Assembly (NCBI GenBank): GCA_040389905.1
Contig: JAZJZK010000008.1
Coordinates: 128,001-192,000, forward strand
Length of the DNA: 64,000 nucleotides
DNA from: Gemmatimonadota bacterium
GTDB taxonomy: Bacteria > Gemmatimonadota > Gemmatimonadetes > Gemmatimonadales > Gemmatimonadaceae
Reading direction: 5' to 3'
Shown here: in pieces, positions 10,577 to 20,722 of the stretch
Layout of the letters: every line of letters starts with the position of its first letter
Position numbering within the stretch: the stretch's first letter is position 1
The notes under the pieces: generated by a model
Seen by the model: only the letters and a program-made list of their open reading frames with translations
What the model was told of the DNA's origin: nothing
Databases searched by the model: none
Position numbers and translations under genes: made by a program

Positions 10577-10650
10577 GATTGAACGGATGCGACGAAAACT
10601 GCCGAATTTCATTGGTCAAATCGTGCTTTTTCCGTTGCATCCGGTCAATC
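10577..10650. terminator. Imperfect inverted repeat between convergent genes (possible terminator)
   Basis: GATTGAACGGATGCGACGAAAA ... TTTTCCGTTGCATCCGGTCAATC. Confidence 0.5.
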
Positions 10651-10737
10651 GATTTTCAACTCGGTTTCCGGCGTGGGAATTCGCTTCATCAGACGCGGCC
10701 GAGTGAACGCTGAACAAGAATCCGGGCGATCGCATGC

Positions 10738-11376
10738 TCAGAACAATTCCCACCCATAGTGCTGCTTCGCCCAGAACAATCCGGTGATCACGACGTACTG
10801 CATGAACGTCGAGATCTCGCTCCGCCACGCTTCGCCCCAGTGATGTTCGCCTTCCTCATCTGACCCGGGCGGCCGCGGAAACCAGCGGGAGGTGCGATCC
10901 TTGTACTGGAGATACTCCGCGCCGAAGATCGACTCGAGCACCCCCTCCTCGTAGCGCACGATGAGCGTGTACTCCACGGCAAACAGGACAATTGCGATCG
11001 GGATGAACCACAGGACGCCAGAGATGACCGCGAATCCGATCCAGATGAGGAAATTCCCCACATAGAGCGGATTTCGCATCCACGCGAAGATCCCGTAGGT
11101 CACGAGCCGTTGCACCGTGCGTGAGCGCCGCCGCGTCACGGTTCCTGCCGCTGCCACGCCCGCGAGACGGATCGCCTCTCCGAGCACGATGAACAGGAAT
11201 CCGAGAATCCAGTTCATGGCATCCGAGACGCCGTGCGCGAGCAGCGGTACCAGGAGGAAAGGCACAGGGAGCCACCCGCGGTGCCGGAACAGAACCGCGC
11301 CGACCCGCGCGCTGGGCCGCCGTTCGGCCTCCGAAATCGGCGGTTCGGGGACAGCGTCGATGGGCGTTGAAGGCAT
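10738..11376 (-). CDS. Isoprenylcysteine carboxyl methyltransferase (ICMT/PEMT) family membrane protein
   Basis: LVTYGIFAWMRNPLYVG, EEGVLESIFGAEY..Y; TM helices; ATG at 11376 preferred. Confidence 0.85.
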   Translation of the reverse strand: MPSTPIDAVPEPPISEAERRPSARVGAVLFRHRGWLPVPFLLVPLLAHGVSDAMNWILGFLFIVLGEAIRLAGVAAAGTVTRRRSRTVQRLVTYGIFAWMRNPLYVGNFLIWIGFAVISGVLWFIPIAIVLFAVEYTLIVRYEEGVLESIFGAEYLQYKDRTSRWFPRPPGSDEEGEHHWGEAWRSEISTFMQYVVITGLFWAKQHYGWELF

Positions 11377-11429
11377 GACGAACTTCAGATACGGGTGAGA
11401 AAGGTGGGACTCCAAAGGTCGCAGGGGCG

Positions 11430-12227
11430 TCAGTCGTACACCAGCCGTGCGAGGAATTCGCCCACAACGTGGTTGAAGGCTGCCGGCCGCTCGAAGGCGC
11501 ATGCATGACCAGCGCGCTCGAGCACCTCCAGCGTGCAATTGGGGATCGCTGCGGCGAGTGCGCGAAGCTCCTCGGGAACGGTGAAGGTGTCTTCCGCGCC
11601 GCTGACGACCAGTGTGGGGAACTCGATGCCGGCGAGCAGATCGGTCGAGTCGCGCCGTTCCGCCATGGCACGGAGCGCTCCGGTCACCCCATCCGCTGGG
11701 GCATCCGCCATCAGGCTCCGGAGCCGCTCCAGCACATCAGCGCGTGAATCGAAGGTCGTTGAACCGACCATCGCGCGCAGCTGCTTCCCGGCGAGCGCTT
11801 CGACGCCACGCTCCTCGACGAACGCGATGAGGCGCAGGCGCATCTCTCGCGCTTCGGGCGTGTCCGCGGTGGCACGCGTGCTGGTGAAGATCAGCGCCCG
11901 AATCCGGTCCCTGTGCCGACGGAGCATCGACATCGCGATATATCCGCCCATCGAGAGGCCACAGACAACGGCCCGCTCGATGCCGAGCGTCGTGAGGAAC
12001 GCTGCCAGGTCATCCGCGTACTGGTCGATCGACCAGGGCGGCGCAACGGAGGAGCCGCCAAAGCCACGGAGGTCCGGCGCAACGCACCGCGCCAGCGTTC
12101 GCAAGCCGCTGAGCTGGGCAGACCACAACGTCCGGTTGTGGGGCCAACCATGTATGAAAAGGATCGGGACACCACCGCCGACGTCGTCATAGGCGATTTC
12201 GACGCCGCCCGGCAAGATCGCAATCAT
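11430..12227 (-). CDS. Alpha/beta hydrolase (PcaD/enol-lactonase-like)
   Basis: FIHGWP, PDLRGFG, GLSMGG, GAED, AGH; ATG at 12227 overlaps the upstream stop. Confidence 0.85.
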   Translation of the reverse strand: MIAILPGGVEIAYDDVGGGVPILFIHGWPHNRTLWSAQLSGLRTLARCVAPDLRGFGGSSVAPPWSIDQYADDLAAFLTTLGIERAVVCGLSMGGYIAMSMLRRHRDRIRALIFTSTRATADTPEAREMRLRLIAFVEERGVEALAGKQLRAMVGSTTFDSRADVLERLRSLMADAPADGVTGALRAMAERRDSTDLLAGIEFPTLVVSGAEDTFTVPEELRALAAAIPNCTLEVLERAGHACAFERPAAFNHVVGEFLARLVYD

Positions 12228-12658
12228 TTCGTCGCGTGCTCGCCGCCTTCGGGCCAGTGCGGGAGCAGTGTGCGCCACTCTTCCGGCACCCGCACCGGCT
12301 TGCCAGTCCGGTCCAGCGCGACGAACACGATCGACGCCTGTGCAACGATCACGTTGCTTCCCACTTTCCGCACATCCTGCTTGACGATGTAGCTGGTGTT
12401 CTTGACCGCGAGCAACCCGCTGCGAATGGCCAGATCATCGCCAGGTAGCGACTGCGCGAAGTAGTCGATGTCGACGTGCCGCACGACGGAGTAGATCGGC
12501 ACCGTGGCGAAATCCCGCACGCCCCCTACCTCCTCGCGCTCCAGCAACTCCCACCGCGCCCGCTCGAGGAATGCGAGCATGGTCGCGTGGTTCACGTGGC
12601 CGAGCATGTCGCAGTCGGCGGGATATATGTGAAAAACGACTTCAGGCAGACGATCCAT
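12224..12658 (-). CDS. Acyl-CoA thioesterase (4HBT/YbgC hot-dog family)
   Basis: DCDMLGHVNHA.ML.FLE.AR. Confidence 0.85.
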   Translation of the reverse strand: MDRLPEVVFHIYPADCDMLGHVNHATMLAFLERARWELLEREEVGGVRDFATVPIYSVVRHVDIDYFAQSLPGDDLAIRSGLLAVKNTSYIVKQDVRKVGSNVIVAQASIVFVALDRTGKPVRVPEEWRTLLPHWPEGGEHATK

Positions 12659-12688
12659 TCTCGTGTCTCCAGTTGTTCCGGGGTTCAC

Positions 12689-12783
12689 GTGCAGATCCCT
12701 CGACTCGCTATGCGCGCTCGGGATGACAATTCAACCGGCACCCCGAGCCTGTCATCCCGAGCGAAGTCGAGGGACCTGCACCT
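12689..12783. repeat. Inverted pair of REP-like elements
   Basis: GTGCAGATCCCTCGAC...CGCTCGGGATGACA, ~21-nt spacer, then TGTCATCCCGAGCGAAGTCGAGGGACCTGCAC. Confidence 0.85.
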
Positions 12784-12792
12784 CCGGCCCTA

Positions 12793-13755
12793 TCAGCTAG
12801 ACAGCCAGCGTGCATCAAAGGTTAGCCAGAAGAGAATTCGCTCGGCAGGGATGCGGCGTGCGCGGTCGAGCGCTACGGCGAACGCCTTCGCGCTGTAGGT
12901 GCCATCGAGCCGAGGCCCGCCGCTCGCGGCAAGAGCCGCTGCCGCAGCGCGCCCTGCGTCCGTTTCCCGTCCATAGCCGCCGCCGAACGCAGAGCCGTCG
13001 ATCTCGAGCCTCGTCGGATCGAGCGGTGGCAGCTTGCCGCCGACGAGCCCGTGAAGCAATGCGCGCGTCTGCCGTGCGAGACGCAGCACGCGCCAGCGGT
13101 TCGCCACAGCGATCGGCACGACGCGCGCGCCGACCACGCGCGTTGTTGCCCCCGCCAGCGACAGCCCGACCAGCAACCCCGCCACGGTACCGCCACTGCC
13201 AAGCGGAACCACGATCGCATCCGGCATCGGCAGTCCCGCTCTCTCACACTGGCTCGCGAGTTCGAGTGCGGCGCTCACGTGACCAAGTGCTCCCATCGGC
13301 ACACTTCCTCCGGCGGGGATCCAACGGACGCCTGGCCGACGCCGCCGCCACCAGGCACGCGCATACGCGTCCGCTGGCGTGCGGGCCCGCGTCACTGAGG
13401 CGAGCTGTTCCAGTCGTTTCGACGTCGCAAGCGCGACGTCATTCATCTCCTGCGCCCACGTGATCACCTCGGTGCGGGCACCAAGGCGGGCCGCGTAGTG
13501 TGCGACAGCCAGCGCGTGCGTCGAGCCGGCGGCCCCCACGGTGAGAATCGTCTCATCGGGGCCGACGCCGGCGAGGAGGCACTCAAGTGCGCGCACCTTG
13601 TTTCCGCCGAGTGCCGGTGCGCTCAGGTCATCGCGCTTCGCAGCGAGCAGCGTACCGCCGACGTTCCATTGCTCGACGGGCGTTTCAGACACGCGCAGAT
13701 CGACGCGGGCGAGCCCCCGTGCGACGGTGGGAAAGCGCGTGAGCAGAGCGCGCAC
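12793..13755 (-). CDS. PLP-dependent enzyme, D-cysteine desulfhydrase/ACC deaminase family
   Basis: KRDDL...GGNKVR.LE, GSTHA, IPAGGS, PLGSGGT.AG, LDGTYSAK. Confidence 0.85.
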   Translation of the reverse strand: MRALLTRFPTVARGLARVDLRVSETPVEQWNVGGTLLAAKRDDLSAPALGGNKVRALECLLAGVGPDETILTVGAAGSTHALAVAHYAARLGARTEVITWAQEMNDVALATSKRLEQLASVTRARTPADAYARAWWRRRRPGVRWIPAGGSVPMGALGHVSAALELASQCERAGLPMPDAIVVPLGSGGTVAGLLVGLSLAGATTRVVGARVVPIAVANRWRVLRLARQTRALLHGLVGGKLPPLDPTRLEIDGSAFGGGYGRETDAGRAAAAALAASGGPRLDGTYSAKAFAVALDRARRIPAERILFWLTFDARWLSS

Positions 13756-13756
13756 G

Positions 13757-15109
13757 CTACGAGTGCGCGCCGTGTGCGTCGTCGATTGGTTCGTCGAGGT
13801 CCGCCGCGAACACCGGATACGTCCACGTCCCCTCGACGGGAAGCTTCTCGAGGTAGAGCATCTGGAAAATGACGATGACCGTCGCCAGCAATGGTACCGC
13901 GACCATCAGCCCGATGAAGCCAAAGATGATGGTGAGAAGTGCCTGCACGATGACGGTAAGGGCAGGCGGGATGCGGAGTCCCTCCTTCATCAGCAACGGA
14001 ATCAGGATGTGCCCCTCGAGAAACTGAATTCCCCAGTACGCGAGGGCGAGATACCCAGCCTTTTCCGGCGAATCCAGAAAGCCCATGGCCACGCCGGGCA
14101 GCGCGCTGAGAATGGGGCCGACGGTCGGGATGAACTCGAACAACCCCGCAAGCACGCCCAGCGCGAGTGCCGCCTTCACCCTGAAGATCAGGAGCACCGT
14201 CGTCGTCACGATGCCAATGGTCGCCATGGCGATGAGTTGCGTGATCAGCCACTTGCGAAGCACCGTCGCGATGCGGTCCATCATGACCACGCCTCGCGCA
14301 CGACGCTTTGCTGGAAGAAACGACAGCAGGCCTCGGCGATACAGTTCCGGCTCCGCCGCGAAGTAGATGGCGAGAAACAGGATGATGAGAAGCCCGCCGA
14401 GCACTTCGACGGTCGAGGTGATGAACGGGAACAGATAGCGCGACATTCCGCTCAAGCGCTCGCGGAGCTTCGACTGGATTCCCGACGCTCCGGCAGCGTC
14501 AGAGTCGGCAGGTATCTGCGGCGCCCGAACCGCCGGCACCGCTGGAGGCGTCACGGCAGGAGCAGGCGTCGCCGACTGGGTTTCCGTGACCAGGAGCCCC
14601 AACACGCCACTCTGCCGTTTCTTCACCCACTCCTGCACACGATCGGCTGCCTCGGGGAGCTTCACCCGGAGTTCGCCGCCTTGTTCCCGGAGTGTTGGCG
14701 CGACCCATGCGCCAAAACCGACGAGCAGGCCGACAAAACCCAACACGATCGTCGCGGCGCCGACTCCCCGAGGTATTCGGAATCGCTGGAGCTGATCGAC
14801 TCCGGCCGACACCGCGATTCCGAACAACATGCCGAGAAAAACGACGAAGAAGAGCGAACTGGCAATCCAGAACAGCTTCACGGCGAGATACACGGCCAGC
14901 ACGATGGCAGTCGCCCGAATGATGTCGCGGTTCCTCCACCCGACCGCTCGGCGGTTGCGACTTCCGCCGCCGATCCGCCCGCCCACCGACGCGCGTGGAC
15001 CCGGCCTGACCCCGCTGACACGCCCGACCCCCGTCGTTTGGCGCTGTCCGGCCGTCGTGGCGCGAGGCACGGGGGGCTGCACTGGGCTATCCGGGCTCTG
15101 ATCAGTCAT
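13757..15109 (-). CDS. AI-2E (PerM/UPF0118) family membrane transporter
   Basis: Multiple TM helices; LAGLFEFIPTVGP, QFLEGHIL.P, G.IGLMVAVPL. Confidence 0.88.
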   Translation of the reverse strand: MTDQSPDSPVQPPVPRATTAGQRQTTGVGRVSGVRPGPRASVGGRIGGGSRNRRAVGWRNRDIIRATAIVLAVYLAVKLFWIASSLFFVVFLGMLFGIAVSAGVDQLQRFRIPRGVGAATIVLGFVGLLVGFGAWVAPTLREQGGELRVKLPEAADRVQEWVKKRQSGVLGLLVTETQSATPAPAVTPPAVPAVRAPQIPADSDAAGASGIQSKLRERLSGMSRYLFPFITSTVEVLGGLLIILFLAIYFAAEPELYRRGLLSFLPAKRRARGVVMMDRIATVLRKWLITQLIAMATIGIVTTTVLLIFRVKAALALGVLAGLFEFIPTVGPILSALPGVAMGFLDSPEKAGYLALAYWGIQFLEGHILIPLLMKEGLRIPPALTVIVQALLTIIFGFIGLMVAVPLLATVIVIFQMLYLEKLPVEGTWTYPVFAADLDEPIDDAHGAHS

Positions 15110-15216
15110 CGAGGTGCATGAGAGGGCGGGGCGAAACAGGCGTTTAGCTTTCGGAAGCTTGGCGTGCAACTCGATACATTACGCCGAGTTTCGATCCAAC
15201 AACAGTGAGGAGCAGC

Positions 15217-16395
15217 GTGCCCGACCGCGCGACAGCCGCATCGTTCGAGTATCTCGACAGCATTTCGGCGGTGGAGCACTTCACCGACGAGATCGCGAGC
15301 ATCACCGAACTCGCGCTGGACACCGAGGGGGCGAGCTTCCACCGCTTCGTCGATCGCATCTATCTGCTTCAGCTCTCGACGCGAGACAGACACGCCGTCA
15401 TCGACCCGCTTCCGATCGGCACACCGCCCGGGTTGGGCCGTCTGCTCGAGCGCCGCGATGTCCAGGTCGTGTTTCACGATGCGGACTACGACCTGCGACT
15501 GCTCCGGCAAGACTACGGCTGGAAGACGAACAACATTTTCGATACGCGGATCGCCGCGCAGCTGCTCGGCTACACCGCATTCGGACTTGCCGCGCTCCTC
15601 GAGCGCTTTTTCAGCGTGAAGCTCGACAAGAAGCATCAGCGGGCCGACTGGTCAATGCGCCCGCTCACGGCGGACATGCTCCACTATGCGGCGCAGGACA
15701 CACGTTTCCTGTTGGCGCTCAAGGACCACATGACGGCTGAGCTCGAGCGCATGGGGCGACTCGGCTGGGCGCAGGAGGAGTTTGCGCTGCTCGAAGGCAC
15801 GCGGTGGGCGGACGAAGAGCCTGGTATGTCGTACCTCAAGCTCAAGGGCGCGCGCGACCTCACGAGGCGCGAGTTGGCGGTGCTGCGCGAGCTGGTGCCC
15901 TGGCGCGACATCGTGGCCGGCCAGTTGGATCGCGCGACCTTCCGCGTGCTGGGCAACGAACAACTCTTCGACATCGCGCGGCTACAGCCGGTGACGCGTG
16001 ATGCCCTCTCGAAGATCAAGGGGATGCCACGAGGCATCCTCGAGCAGCGCGGCAGTGAATTGCTCGATGCCGTGCAACGAGCGCTCGCGGTGCCGGAGTC
16101 CTCGCTGCCACGCTTTCCGCGCGCGCCGCGGTGGGAGAAGGACGCGGAATTCGACGCCCGCGTGAGTGCGCTCAAGACCGCTCGTGACGAAGCGGCGAAA
16201 CGGTTGGAATTGGATCCCGGCGTGCTGTGCTCGCGCGATCGCATGGAAGCGGTTGCACGAAAGAATCCGGCATCCATCGAAGAGATGGACGAGGTGACCG
16301 AGCTGCGAGCGTGGCAGCGGGCGGAGCTCGGCGCCGCGTTTGTGAAGGCGCTGGATCCCCACCGGAAAAGTGAAATATCACCCTACCGGGAGTAG
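15217..16395 (+). CDS. rnd: Ribonuclease D (3'-5' exonuclease with HRDC domains)
   Basis: ALDTE, VFHDADYD, FDTRIAA, DWSMRPL, YAAQD; GAGGAG precedes GTG at 15217. Confidence 0.9.
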   Translation: MPDRATAASFEYLDSISAVEHFTDEIASITELALDTEGASFHRFVDRIYLLQLSTRDRHAVIDPLPIGTPPGLGRLLERRDVQVVFHDADYDLRLLRQDYGWKTNNIFDTRIAAQLLGYTAFGLAALLERFFSVKLDKKHQRADWSMRPLTADMLHYAAQDTRFLLALKDHMTAELERMGRLGWAQEEFALLEGTRWADEEPGMSYLKLKGARDLTRRELAVLRELVPWRDIVAGQLDRATFRVLGNEQLFDIARLQPVTRDALSKIKGMPRGILEQRGSELLDAVQRALAVPESSLPRFPRAPRWEKDAEFDARVSALKTARDEAAKRLELDPGVLCSRDRMEAVARKNPASIEEMDEVTELRAWQRAELGAAFVKALDPHRKSEISPYRE

Positions 16396-16407
16396 CGGGA
16401 ATGTGGC

Positions 16408-16438
16408 CAGGCCCGGGGCCGCCGTTTGCCCGGGCCTG
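16408..16438. terminator. GC hairpin between convergent genes
   Basis: CAGGCCCGGG-N11-CCCGGGCCTG. Confidence 0.45.
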
Positions 16439-16471
16439 CTGTTCGCCCCAGCCCGGGCCCGCGCCCGCGCC

Positions 16472-16840
16472 CTATAGTCCCATGTAGGCGCGCACGCGCG
16501 GCTCGATGCGATCCGGGCTCCACATTGGCGCCCACACGAGGTTCACGGTGACCGTCCCGACCCCTGGGATCGCCTTCAACATGCGCTCCGCGTCTCCCAT
16601 GATTTCCGGTCCGCTCGGACAGCCCGGTGATGTGAGCGACATGTCCACCTCGACATCGTTCTCGTTCACGACCCGCACGTCGTAGACCAGTCCCAGGTCG
16701 ACAATGTTGAGGTTGAGGTCGGGGTCCTTCACTTTCCGCAGTGCGAGCTTGGCCTGACCGAGACTGAACTCGGAAAACGCCGCGCCACTGCCGGGAGCGT
16801 TCTCCGGCGCTGCTGCCTCGGATATCGTTTCGTCCGTCAT
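16472..16840 (-). CDS. Fe-S cluster assembly factor (DUF59/SufT/PaaD family)
   Basis: V.DPDL.LNIVDLGLVY, MSLTSPGCP, VWAPMW. Confidence 0.9.
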   Translation of the reverse strand: MTDETISEAAAPENAPGSGAAFSEFSLGQAKLALRKVKDPDLNLNIVDLGLVYDVRVVNENDVEVDMSLTSPGCPSGPEIMGDAERMLKAIPGVGTVTVNLVWAPMWSPDRIEPRVRAYMGL

Positions 16841-16917
16841 TCGATGTCACTCCTTCCGTTTCCGGAGTATCATCACGCGGCGTCGTAACGGCAATCCATT
16901 CGTCGGAGCTTCCCTGC

Positions 16918-18171
16918 ATGACTTCTTTTCGCGCGCTCGTTGCGGCAGCGCTTCGTGCACTACGTGACGGATGGATCGTCGTCGGGCTGTCATTCGCGCT
17001 GCTGGTCGCGATCGAGGCGGTCTATCGCTCGCAGAGTGCAGCCCGGCTCGCCATCGGCCGCCGGCTACACCCAGCGCCGCCAGAACCACCGAATCCCTTC
17101 GACCGAACTCCATGGGCGGCGGCATACTCTCTCGATGAACCGCTCGAGGGGCACCTCCTCTGGAAACCGTACGTCTACCTGCGGAATCCCTCGTTTACCG
17201 GTCGCGTCGTGTCGGTCGATACGGCGGGGCACCGAACGACGACCCAGACGCTTCGCACGGGGACGAAGCCGCTCGACGTCTATTTCTTCGGCGGTTCGAC
17301 CGCGTGGGGCTGGTTGCAGCGCGATTCCTTCACCATCGCATCCGAGATGGCGCGCCGGTTTTCGAGTGCCAATGTTCGGGTCACCAATTTCGGCGTTCCC
17401 GGATTCGTATTCACGCAGGAGTTGCTCGAGCTCCAGCTGCAGCTTCGTGCTGGACACGTGCCCGATGTCGTGGTGTTCTACGATGGTGTGAACGACGTCT
17501 GGGCGACACTACAGGACGATGTCGCCGGGCTCACGGAGAACGAAGCGAACCGCGCGCGCGATTTTGCCGAGGGCCGGCGTCGGGTCGCAGACAGTGTCCA
17601 CGGTGTGTTTAGTGACGTGAAGGCGCTGGGCCGCGCCGGTCTCGTACTCGGTGACCGTCTTCGCTTCGTAAAGCGGCTCCGAGGCCGCCGCCCGCCATAC
17701 CCAGCGCGCATTTCGGCAGACTCGGCGACGAACAGCACCTGGCACGTGTACGCCGAAACCGCGCGGATCGCGGAGTCCCTCGCGCAGAGGTACGGGTTCA
17801 CGATTGTCTACGTGTGGCAACCGTCGCTCTTGTCCTCGCGAAAGCGACAGACGGCTCGAGAGGGGTGGCTCGTGGGCGACTTTGCCGATAGCGTGTTCGG
17901 AACGCGATTCCGCGATGTCATGCTGGCGATTCCCGCGCCGCTCACGCGCGAAATGGCGAACGTCGCGCCCGGCCGGTTTCTCGATCTCACCACGCTTTTC
18001 GACCGCGACACCGGCGAAGTCTACGTCGACGTGTACGGCCACACGTATGAGTCGGCCAACCCAGTGCTGGTGGAGGCAATGCGTCCGCTCTTGTCGAGCG
18101 CGATCGCCGACTCGAGTGCGCGAACAGCGCGTCGCAAATGGCTGGACGCGGGGCTACCGCGCCGCAACTAG
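16918..18171 (+). CDS. SGNH/GDSL hydrolase family protein, N-terminal membrane anchor
   Basis: FFGGSTAWG, NFGVPG, YDGVND, DVYGH. Confidence 0.75.
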   Translation: MTSFRALVAAALRALRDGWIVVGLSFALLVAIEAVYRSQSAARLAIGRRLHPAPPEPPNPFDRTPWAAAYSLDEPLEGHLLWKPYVYLRNPSFTGRVVSVDTAGHRTTTQTLRTGTKPLDVYFFGGSTAWGWLQRDSFTIASEMARRFSSANVRVTNFGVPGFVFTQELLELQLQLRAGHVPDVVVFYDGVNDVWATLQDDVAGLTENEANRARDFAEGRRRVADSVHGVFSDVKALGRAGLVLGDRLRFVKRLRGRRPPYPARISADSATNSTWHVYAETARIAESLAQRYGFTIVYVWQPSLLSSRKRQTAREGWLVGDFADSVFGTRFRDVMLAIPAPLTREMANVAPGRFLDLTTLFDRDTGEVYVDVYGHTYESANPVLVEAMRPLLSSAIADSSARTARRKWLDAGLPRRN

Positions 18172-19532
18172 CGCTTCTTCTTCGTGGTGGCGACGGGCTT
18201 CTTTTTCGTCGAGGTCGACTTGGTGGACTTGGCCTTCGAGGACGGTGACGAGCTCTTCGTCCGCTTTCCCTTGCGCGCGCGCGCGGTGCGGACCGGCCTG
18301 TTCCACCCCACCGCCTTGTCGGCGCGGAACTGCCTCGGCATCGCGATCGGGCCGCCGGCAACATCAGTGACGGCGAGGGCCGCCGCGTCTGCGAGATCGG
18401 CGCGAACGTCCGAGATGACCTTCGCCGGCCGACGAGCCTTGGCGGCGTGCACGCGGTTCGTCAGAAGGATGACGAACATCTCGCGCTCCGGATCGATCCA
18501 CAGCGAGGTGCCGGTATAGCCCGTGTGTCCGTACGCATCGGCGCCCATGTACTTGCCACAGCCACCGGTGCCGGCGCAGGTGTCCCACCCAAGCGCGCGC
18601 GTCCCCGCGGCCCGTCTGGTGAAGAGCTGGACCGTGGTATCGGCAACGATGCGCGTGCCGTTGTAGCTCCCGCCGTTCAGCAGCATCTGTGCGAACACCG
18701 ACAAATCGGTCACGGTGCTGAACAAGCCCGCGTGGCCGGCCACGCCACCAAGGGCGTAGGCATTCTCGTCGTGCACCTCACCGCGCAGGGGATATCCGCG
18801 TGGAGGCGTAATTTCCGTTGGTGCGATACGTCCGCGAAGCGAGGCATCGGGACGGAAGTGCGTGTCGGTCATTCCGAGCGGCGTGAACACGCGCGCCTGA
18901 AGGAATTCGTCGAGCTTTTCGCCGGTGATGGCCTCGACCGCGAAGCCCAGCATATCGGCGCCCAGGTCGGAGTACTCGTAGTACTGGCCGGGGTTGGCGA
19001 ACAGGTTGGTGGAAATGACCGCGGCGCGCGCTTCCTCGGGTGTGTGCGCGACACGCCAGAGGTCACGCCCTGCGGGCAGGCCGGAACGATGCTCCAGCAG
19101 CATGCGAATCGTGACGTTCTCCTTGCCACCGCCGACGAACTCCGGGATGTACATCGACACCCGATCGTCGAGTGAGAGCTTTCCCTCGTCGAACAGGAGC
19201 ATCACCGCTGTGGTCGTGCCGACGACCTTCGTCAGCGACGCGAGGTCGTAGATGGTACGTTCGGCGACGACCGGTCCAGATTCCTCCGTCCAGCCGAGTC
19301 GTCCAAAGCCCTTTTCCCAGACCGTGGCACCCTTGCGACCGACGACGACCGATGCACCGGGATATCCGCCGGCCTTCAGTCCGCGTTCGATGACTCGATC
19401 GATCGTGGCGAGACGGGCCGCGGACATGCCAACAGCGGAGGGCAGCTTGGCGGGCAGCCCTTCGCTTCCCACGGTGCTGTGCGCCGGTGGGACTGGATGA
19501 ATGAACGCAGCAGCCAACAAGAGGCTCAGCAA
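18168..19532 (-). CDS. Serine hydrolase, beta-lactamase/AmpC-like family, with Lys-rich tail
   Basis: YDLASLTK (SxxK), YSDLG, GHAGLFST, GHTGYTG; signal peptide; AAGGAG before TTG. Confidence 0.88.
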   Translation of the reverse strand: MLSLLLAAAFIHPVPPAHSTVGSEGLPAKLPSAVGMSAARLATIDRVIERGLKAGGYPGASVVVGRKGATVWEKGFGRLGWTEESGPVVAERTIYDLASLTKVVGTTTAVMLLFDEGKLSLDDRVSMYIPEFVGGGKENVTIRMLLEHRSGLPAGRDLWRVAHTPEEARAAVISTNLFANPGQYYEYSDLGADMLGFAVEAITGEKLDEFLQARVFTPLGMTDTHFRPDASLRGRIAPTEITPPRGYPLRGEVHDENAYALGGVAGHAGLFSTVTDLSVFAQMLLNGGSYNGTRIVADTTVQLFTRRAAGTRALGWDTCAGTGGCGKYMGADAYGHTGYTGTSLWIDPEREMFVILLTNRVHAAKARRPAKVISDVRADLADAAALAVTDVAGGPIAMPRQFRADKAVGWNRPVRTARARKGKRTKSSSPSSKAKSTKSTSTKKKPVATTKKKR

Positions 19533-19740
19533 CGCGATACTCCTTTACGGCGGAGACTGACGTCCCCATGTGGGGACACTATAGCAGGAGGCGTGCTCGG
19601 GCTGGTAGGAAATAGCCCGTTTATCGTACGTACAGTTAGATGAGGCCGTTGTTCCGCATACACCTTGAAATCTCGACGAGTCAAAAGGCGAACTGGTAAC
19701 GACGCCCGCTGAGAGCTGACCGCTGACAAGCTGTTAACTG

Positions 19741-20017
19741 GGGATGAGCTCGAGCCCGAGCCAACCGCGTGCTTGGCCGCGGGCCGGGGCTACGGCTCGG
19801 GCCCGGGCCTACCTGCAGGCTGGGGCTCTGGGCTCGGGCTCAAGCCTTCAGCCTGCAGACAACAGGCAAGTCCAGCCACGTCCATGTCGGTCGTCCGGCC
19901 CACGCCCAAGCACAGGCCAAAGCCCGGGCCTGAAGGTCAGCCCCCAACCCAGGCCGTAGCCCAAGCCCGCGGCCAAGCCCGCAGTTGGCTCGGGCTCGAG
20001 CTCGAGCTCACCATCCC
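19741..20017. repeat. MITE-like element with ~52-bp imperfect terminal inverted repeats rich in GAGCYC/GGGCYC hexamers
   Basis: Left arm 19746-19797 is nearly the reverse complement of 19952-20003. Confidence 0.75.
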
Positions 20018-20131
20018 TTCGAGGATGAGTAGAAACCGATCGACTGCAAATTCCGTAGGTTCACTCTCAATCAAGCATCAAGTTTGATGCAACCCTTTGG
20101 GGTGGCCCTCGTGACAAATGAGTTGGACGTC

Positions 20132-20722
20132 ATGGAGAATGAACAGCTTACGGTACAGCGCGCCATCACTGGCGATCAAGCGGCCATGCGAGCCCTCTGG
20201 ACTCGGCATGCACCGCACATTGATGTCGTCGTCAGGCGGCTCGTTGGGCACGACCCCGATCTTGCCGCCGACGTTGCGCAGGAAGTCTGGATTCAGATAT
20301 TCCGGGCGCTGCCGACCTTCCGCGGAGACGCGCAGTTCGGAACGTGGGCGCATCGAATCGCTGTCAACCGCACGCTCAATGCACTGAGAAAGACCAAGCG
20401 ATCAGCGGCGCTGGAGGTGGAAGTGGACGATGAAAGCGCTTCCGTAGAACCCGAAGCAGAACGGGCGCTGCTGGCGTCCTCGATCGAGGATGCCGCGAAC
20501 AAGCTGTCGCCCGGCGCGCGAACGGTGTTCCTGCTGCACGACGTCGAGGGTTTCACGCACGAGGAGATTGCCGACCAGCTGGGCATTACGGCGGGCGGCT
20601 CCAAATCGCAACTTTTCAAGGCGCGCGCGAAGCTGCGCGTTCTTCTAGCTCACCTGGTCGATGCACCCATACGACACACGATTCGCACGAATACCGGGGA
20701 ACATGCTGCACCTGCATACTGA
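20132..20722 (+). CDS. ECF RNA polymerase sigma factor
   Basis: AADVAQEVWIQIF, F.TW.HRIAVN, L.P..R.VF.LHDVEG..HEEIA..LG; start uncertain (20084-20132). Confidence 0.92.
   Translation: MENEQLTVQRAITGDQAAMRALWTRHAPHIDVVVRRLVGHDPDLAADVAQEVWIQIFRALPTFRGDAQFGTWAHRIAVNRTLNALRKTKRSAALEVEVDDESASVEPEAERALLASSIEDAANKLSPGARTVFLLHDVEGFTHEEIADQLGITAGGSKSQLFKARAKLRVLLAHLVDAPIRHTIRTNTGEHAAPAY

Noticed and set aside
12793..13755. Calling the gene acdS (ACC deaminase)
   Set aside because: Family motifs are present, but the specificity residues could not be confirmed by eye
18168..19532. Calling the gene a resistance beta-lactamase (ampC)
   Set aside because: The SxxK family also includes esterases and peptidoglycan amidases; YSD and HTG motifs do not establish lactamase activity
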